A program made the translations under genes and the position numbers. The notes beneath the pieces are model-generated. The model did no database searches. It worked only from the letters and a program-made list of their open reading frames with translations, and had not been told where the DNA came from. Shown here in pieces: positions 57,211-64,000 of a stretch of DNA of 64,000 bases. Source of the DNA: Haliotis rubra (Eukaryota); NCBI RefSeq assembly GCF_003918875.1, contig NW_025764915.1:1798001-1862000 (forward strand), given 5' to 3'. How positions within the stretch are numbered: position 1 is the stretch's first letter; each line of letters begins with the position of its first letter.

Positions 57211-57710
57211 GAATGATTATGTCATTTCCTTAGACGTTTGTCAACCTCAAGTGCTCAGATCACATGCCTAATTTATGAATTAATGCGCACAAAGACAACA
57301 TCGTAATTGTGTTTCTGCATTTCAACCTCTGTTTAATTCAAAATCCATATCAAAAGGACCTACAGAATCACAAGTGCATTATTCCACATTTTGACAGGTG
57401 CTCTTCTGTGAAGCCACGTTAGTTCCCGGAAGTCACATTAAAAGGAAGTAAACGACGCATGACGCGGTACGTATGAACCGAAATATGCCTCATATTGACT
57501 TTAGTTACAATTTGGGCTGTGCATTATCGACGGAGGAGCAATATTCTTACATTCTTTGTGCGTATATCACCATAGATTCAAACAGCACATTACAATTGGT
57601 GCCTGAACTCTTTGTTTTGGACTAAGCCAATACACGATTGTCTCCCTTGTGGAAACCGAATTGTCTGCCCTTACTGCGATAGCTATGGGATTTTTGGAAA
57701 GATCATAAGC
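57211..57710. promoter_or_regulatory. Bidirectional promoter region of TLCD4 and ALG14
   Basis: Lies between divergent genes; ETS-like CCGGAAGT (~57426) and AGGAAGT (~57443), local CpG enrichment. Confidence 0.55.
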
Positions 57711-60570
57711 ATGGACGTGCTGGTATTTCTCATTCTAGTTCCAGTGTGTATTCTGACATATCTTCTGTATAGAATTGTATTTGTCACGGTAAATGGAAAA
57801 CACAATCCATCAAATGCAGACAAAAGGAAAGATCCAGCCTCCTTGATGGTAGTAGTTGGTTCAGGTAAATATTTATAAGTTACATCACCCTATATAGAAG
57901 TTGGGGGCCTGTTTCTCATCTGTGTTAATGTTATTGATTAAAATAGATAATCATATAAATGTTACGTTGGCAAAGAAATCCTATCCCACCAGCCACTGTT
58001 TTTATTTTGTGAGGACATGGTAAGGGTTGGTGGTTTCCTAACCCTGATATATTCATAGCTAATTCACTTACATATTGATTTTAGATGTATGTTTTTGATT
58101 AATGAAAATACCATTTATGTTATTAATGTAAGTGGCTGGAAGGATCGGAAATCTTACCGTATATTGTTTTGTGCTCTGTGATGATCTGCCTGTATAATTT
58201 CAAATTAAGAGACATTGATCAACTCCTATGATTAAATCTGAAGATTTCCGTAATCGTTGTAACCTAACACTGGATACTGTATTTGTATTATAGGAGGTCA
58301 CACAAGAGAAGTCCTGTGTCTGGTGCGGCAGCTGGGGAGCCACTACTCACCCAGGTACTATATTATTGCAGATACAGACAAGATGAGTGAACATAAAGTC
58401 CATGCCTTAGAAGAGAGTAGGAAAGAAGAGCAAGAAGAGTCTCAGGTATTATCCTCAAAATATCCTTTTAGTTGCATTTTCTGTACTTACACAACTGGTA
58501 AGCCTAATTATTTCACAGAATAATCAATTATAGTTTATTTTAGGCAGTCATATTTGCTGTGAGTGTATTGTTTACCTCACTGGCTATATGTATCCTAAAT
58601 TTGTAAGACCCGTGAAACAAGATGGATTTTTTTAGTCATGTACAGCCTCTTTTGCTCTCCTGGACGAAGGTGTATCACTTCATGCATTGTCAGTCATAGA
58701 CCCTCATTCTCTCCATTAATGTTTTGACTCATTCAGGGGTGAAACATTCAGTACTGGAAAACAGGTAGCCCCATAGTGTGACATAATGGAATAACAATGT
58801 GTGGTTGTGATGATGTGTACAAATGTTTGTGTGTTTCTTATCAGACTATGTTAGTATTTACTATTACTATTTATCAAAAGTTACTATGAATAATAGTTGG
58901 CAAAGAGTGTCAGAAATGCATGTTTGCTGTGCAAGGGTCTCTCTCATATACTGTTCCGATAACACATTCATGTACTGTTATGGACATGTAAAAGCTTTAC
59001 TCACCAATGTTATTCCCTGATTTTTCAGAGTCAAAGCATAATGCCATTGTTTACATGAACATTTGACAAAGAGGCTAATGTATAGAGACAGGATCCTTTT
59101 ATTTCAGTATTTTGTGATAAGAATTCCTCGGAGCCGTAATGTGAAGCAGTCGTGGGTCACCACAGTGCTATCAACTCTCTATGCTGCCGTCTACACTTTT
59201 CCTGTTGTCTTCCGACGCAAACCAGAAATAGTATGTACTGTTATAAGTTGATTATCTGAGTTACTTGTAGCTGTCACAATAGATTTTCCTTGGAATGTGA
59301 CTTCTCAAGTAGGGAGTTGTTCACATCAATAGCTAGATCCAAGTATGGAAGCAGCTCCTTCCCCCACCTTTCTTCATGACTACTGCCAGAAACATGTATG
59401 TACCAAATAAGGTAACAGCTAAGTCTTGAGCTGACCTCACCTGTCCATCTTTCACCATGTTTCCATGCCATGCCAGGGCTCCAGATAAGGGCTGTATCGG
59501 CGTTTGTACGGATATAAAATAAACACGATATGGTAGGAAGGAAACAATTTTAAAAACGTAGCAGATACGGACCACAGCAATGGTGTACGGTTTCAGAATC
59601 ATTTTTAGATGTAATTATCTGAAAAAGTATTGTTTTATTGTTTACTGACCTATTTACACAAGAGTAGCAATGTTGTGGTGCATATATGAAACGAAACACA
59701 AGATTACTGATACGCCATTAAATTCCATTCAGTACTCTAAATGTACTCTTATTGTTTTCCAGTACTCCTATATTGAAAAAATAAGGAGTACGTACTCCTG
59801 ATCATGAAAAATTATCTGGAGCCCTGCCATGCTACTGATACTTTATGAATGACATTATTCGAAAGTCATTTCATGACCCTCAATGTGACCTTGACATTTG
59901 ATGCAACCATTACATCTGATATACGTTATTTAAAGATCATGTTTACCTGACTGGGAGATGCTTGATTTAGACAAACATTTCCTGAGTCATGCTTCATAGT
60001 GTGACCCACTGAACTTGACCTGATGCACAATAGAGACCAGCAAATATTGTCAAATTTCAGCTTTTTAGGTGCCTAGTTCATTCTTAGTGATGTTAACCTT
60101 TGGCAGTTCTGATTTATGGGAGGTGTTTGAATTACACAGGGGCCTTCATTACATATCAGTCAAAAGTCTGTGAAAAAGAGTGTCCACACATCTTTGCTGT
60201 TGCAGATTTTGTGTAATGGCCCTGGAACATGTATTCCTGTTTGTCTTGCTGGACTTATACTCAAGGTATGTACAAATATATAATACATTCAGTCTTTCAG
60301 TGGATTGTAATATTCTTTCCAAAGCAACCATTAACACTGTGATATCACAAGAATACATACTGCAAATAACCATTGAATGTCAAATGATTTCTCTTCCAGT
60401 GGCTCAACTTCCAGCGTACCATGATAGTATATGTGGAGAGTATATGTCGGGTGACATCCTTGTCTCTCTCTGCCAAGATACTTTACCGCTTTGCAGACCA
60501 CATGTTTGTCCAGTGGCCGACCCTACAGCAGCAGTATCCCAAGTGTCAGTACATTGGAAGAATTGCATAG
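57711..60570 (+). CDS. ALG14: UDP-N-acetylglucosamine transferase subunit ALG14, 219 aa
   Basis: Exons 57711-57864, 58294-58445, 59108-59230, 60206-60265, 60400-60570 (660 nt). N-terminal hydrophobic helix; motifs VVVGSGGHTREV, YSPRYYIIADTDKMS, RIPRSRNVKQSW, LCNGPGTCIPVC, VYVESICRVTSLSLSAKILY, VQWPTLQQQYP. AATAAA at 60598-60603. Confidence 0.96.
59474..59826. mobile_element. MITE (CAGGGCTCCAGATAA TIR)
   Basis: Perfect 15-bp TIR CAGGGCTCCAGATAA...TTATCTGGAGCCCTG; CCATGC duplicated on both flanks; in ALG14 intron 3. Confidence 0.8.
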
Positions 60571-61643
60571 TGATATGTTACCATGTTTTTGTTTGTTAAT
60601 AAAACTTTTGTTTTGTTCTAGTGCATAGTCTTTTGTTCGATTGAAATTACAGGGAGAAACTGGCACCTGAAACTGGTCAGGAACTGCATACTGTTTAGTT
60701 TACACTAGGTGGAGTTAGCTCTAGGTCAACCAAGTATGTCTCTCACTCTAACCATTCTAACTATGTAGACTTTGTCCAAGATGTCAATATACAGTCTGTC
60801 TTAAAGAAACATGGATGCACATTTGTTCAAAGTTTATATTTATATAACAGAGATCTGTGTGTATTTGAATTTGGACAAGACAATCCAGTGATTGACACTT
60901 TAAGCTTTGATCTAGGTATTTTAGATATGATGACACGCAATCTACCAAGTCAGTTAGTTGCCTCTCATGACAACCTCTGGTTACTGAAAATGACTCTAAC
61001 AAGCATTTTCAAATCTAAATTACATTACCTAACATGCCTAATCTTTCATCAGTTGATCAAGACAATTAACCTTGAGATCCAGTATAGGTCTGAGTTGGGT
61101 AGTGCTGCTCAGACTCTCGTCTGTTGTCACAAATAGTGAGTGGCATGCACCAATAGCATGTCCAGGAATATCAAGAACAGTACACATTTGCATAGCAGAC
61201 AATCTGCTTGAAATTAGCATTCTTTTATTTCCAGTCAGTGGCAAATGTATCAAGGCAAGTTCCACATGAAACAATGACACAGGTTAACATATATTTCTCG
61301 GACTTTGTACACTATGTACATGGTGTATTGCACTGTGAGATAACATGGAATGCATTTCCACACAAGTGTGAGATAACATTGAACATCCATGAACAAACAT
61401 CACAAATTGACACAGTCAAGGTAAAATAATGGGATGGCCTCTGCATTTACATTACCAGTCACACTTATCAGCTGGGCTGATGAAAGAATTAAATGTTTTG
61501 AACAGTATGGCAGTTTATCAGATTCTATCTGTATGAGTGACATTGATGTTGGAGTGGAATGGAGCAGAGCGTTGTGGATGGGATCTGTCGTTCTCTCAGC
61601 ATTGTTTGGAAGACAGACTGTGGAAGGATGAGATTGGATATTT

Positions 61644-62748
61644 TTACACTTGTTTTTTCACACTTTGTCTTTGTGTGAACCAGAGTAGGCCTGCCACAAA
61701 TAATGTTGATCCCACCATTCCAGCAGTAAACACTGTTGTGGGAAATGTGCCCTGCAACATAAAGGAAAGAGCTGAGCCAATGAGCGAGCTGGGTCTGTTT
61801 GCTTCTTTAAGAAACATCCCTAACCATCGCTGAGACACCAAATATGGGCATCACACAGTGCACAAAATGAAAACCAGGTCGTTCCTTTGACAAGCTGCCC
61901 TGCTGGTGCAACACAACAGATATTAGGATTCATATAATAATGTAAGAGGTCTTCTTAAGTGTTATTGAGTGTGAATATTCCAGCAATATCACTGTGGGGG
62001 ACACCAGAAATGGGCTTCACACATTGTACCCATCTGGGTAATCGAACCTGGGTCTTCGGCATGCGATCAATTAACCCCTAAGGCTACCCCACCACCCTTT
62101 AAGTCTTGTTAGTTTGTGTCGTTCGAGATGAGCAAAATAATGAATATCTATAAATAGCATTTAATAATTTTACAAGTAATAACTACCTTTCTGAGACACT
62201 TGTATCCATGGTAGCCTGGTAAACATAGGCACTCAGTTATCCCTGGACCTGTATTAGCACAGTAGGAATTGGAGGGGCAAGACACTGAAATGAAGAGAAA
62301 ATCTCCATGACATTACATGTACATTAGATTGTCAGATTAGCTTTTGAAATGTCCAAAATGGTACCCGAATGATATTTTAGACAAGAAGTAAGGAGCAGTC
62401 CTCTTCATGATATCAGTGAACGTGTAATCAGGAAATGTACCTACAACCTTGTTCAAGCAGACATAACATAAAGGTATGAAAGGTAGAATACTAACATATA
62501 GATCAATTGGGTTTGTTTACGTAAGTAGATAAAGTTTGCACTTAAATTTTCATTCACATAAATAGTGTCACCATCCAACTATGTCAAATGGTCCAGATAT
62601 GACCAAGTCATGCACAGACATGACACACCTACCATTATGTACGAGACAGAAGTCCAGCTCCTGTAGACACAGTGTTTCATTAGCTGTTGTATTGGTCATC
62701 TCCCACGCACCCATGCCCCCTGGACAGTCACTGTCCATAGGAAGAGCC
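61644..62748 (-). CDS. ATRAID: All-trans retinoic acid-induced differentiation factor (APR-3), last three coding exons; 5' exons not located in the window
   Basis: Exons 62748-62633 (ALPMDSDCPGGMGAWEMTNTTANETLCLQELDFCLVHN), 62284-62187 (EGF-like VSCPSNSYCANTGPGITECLCLPGYHGYKCLRK) and 61751-61644 (TM plus tail GTFPTTVFTAGMVGSTLFVAGLLWFTQRQSVKKQV*). Matches the recalled ATRAID pattern CPGG..AW / GPG...C.C..G.HGYKC.R.G.F / LLW.TQR. Confidence 0.88.
61965..62097 (-). mobile_element. tRNA-derived SINE, family A
   Basis: Reverse-complement copy in an ATRAID intron. Confidence 0.8.
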
Positions 62749-63774
62749 CTGACCAGAATGTAAAGTTTTAGTCAAGTGATGCAGATAAAATATTTTCAAA
62801 ACACCACATTAAAACCCTGTTCAATGGATGAGTGTGCACTCAGTTTACTTTCTCATATTCTTGGGGCCAAAATAACCAAGCTGTCTGTGAAGTGCTAGAA
62901 TGTTAAGATCGATATGACCATGTACTGGAATATTGCTGAGTGTGGTGTTATACGACAACACAAACAGAAGTCATGTCATCCTGGTGGTTACCCATTAACT
63001 GGTGGGCAAACAGAGGCATATTACTGACACTGTTATCTGCCTAGGAAGACCACACATACAAGATACTTTCAAAAGAGGAGTTGCTGGATGCAGTCACTCA
63101 TCAAATCCTGTAACTACCATGTTAACTTCACCTGATTTGCAACCTGTATACTCTTTAAGAAACAAAGCTGCCATATAGCTGGAATATTGCTGAGTGCTGT
63201 GTAAAACTAAACTCACTCACTTAAGAAACAAGGATCAGCAGCTTCTGAAACAACTAAGGGGCATAACTCTACATGGCTGTACTACCTGGTGCACTCAGTA
63301 GAAGCAAACAACTTCAACATTCTAAGGATTGTTATTCTCTTTCATATGTCTTTGATTGAAGATACTGAAGTTTAATGGAGGCATTCACATTATTTTTTAT
63401 TGCATTAGAACCTCCGGATGTCTGATGAATTGGTTATAACCTGGGAAAGCCACATTTAGGAACAGAGTTGAAAATGGTGGGGCACAACCGGCAATGGGCA
63501 TGGTTGAGTGATCATGTGAATGTGGCTCTCCCGGCAATGTGCTTTTAGCTAATCCATGTTACCCTAAATAATGTGAAATATTCATTATGTAAAATCTAGA
63601 AGTCCAGTTGAATTGTTCGTGGAGAAAAGTCCAGATCACGCAAACTAGGTACTCAAACAACTATTACAAATTATTTATGATTATACAACCAATTATTTCT
63701 TTGAAGCATTTTAACTTTTGGGAGGGTCAATTCAATGTTTTATTTATCCTTTTCTGATAACTGTTTGAGATAAG

Positions 63775-63909
63775 ACTGACTGACTGAGTTTGGTTTTACG
63801 CCGCTTTTAGCAATATTCCGGCAACATCACGGCGGGGGACACCAGAAATGGGCTTCACACATTGTACCCATGTGGGGATTCGAACCGAACCGCTTTAACC
63901 ATTAGGCTA
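63775..63909 (-). mobile_element. tRNA-derived SINE, family A (internally deleted head)
   Basis: Reverse-complement copy flanked by a duplicated TGTTTGAGATAAGA. Confidence 0.82.
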
Positions 63910-64000
63910 ACTTGTTTGAGATAAGAGCTATTGTTGTCTCAGTTATTAATATATGTTTACATTCACGCCAAAAATAAGAAGAAAAATAAAAAATTCAGAA

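Noticed and set aside
61752-61905. Apparent selenoprotein-like CTV-TGA-CPY motif upstream of ORF 61644-61841
   Set aside because: This stretch is intronic. ATRAID splices cleanly from 62187 to the acceptor at 61752, and the TGA frame has no homology support.
63060-63143. Possible upstream ATRAID exon
   Set aside because: Splice-like ends exist, but the required reading frame contains stop codons.

Overview
Intron-rich, AT-rich invertebrate nuclear DNA, probably a gastropod mollusc such as abalone (inferred from the SINE families only). Six spliced protein-coding genes were assembled by hand from splice sites and reading-frame continuity: ZNF367 (-, 3' part outside the window), SERBP1/HABP4-like (+, 7 coding exons, 384 aa), IFT74 (-, 23 coding exons, 594 aa), TLCD4/TMEM56 (-, 6 coding exons, 275 aa), ALG14 (+, 5 exons, 219 aa) and ATRAID (-, last three coding exons). 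Introns hold eight unrelated minisatellite arrays (27-53 bp units), two SINE families that share a 3' tail, many MITEs with 5-9 bp TSDs, Helentron-like fragments and a decayed full-length IS630-Tc1-mariner element with a very long D-E spacer (Sailor/DD82E-like). Most notable: several IFT74 minisatellites are built from the adjacent splice junction itself, and the amplified copies carry a weakened or destroyed donor. IFT74 also has a U12-type last intron and an ATG split by an intron, and two head-to-head gene pairs match human gene neighbourhoods. No prokaryotic system, CRISPR array or true tRNA gene was found. Gene names come from recalled protein similarity; no database search was run.
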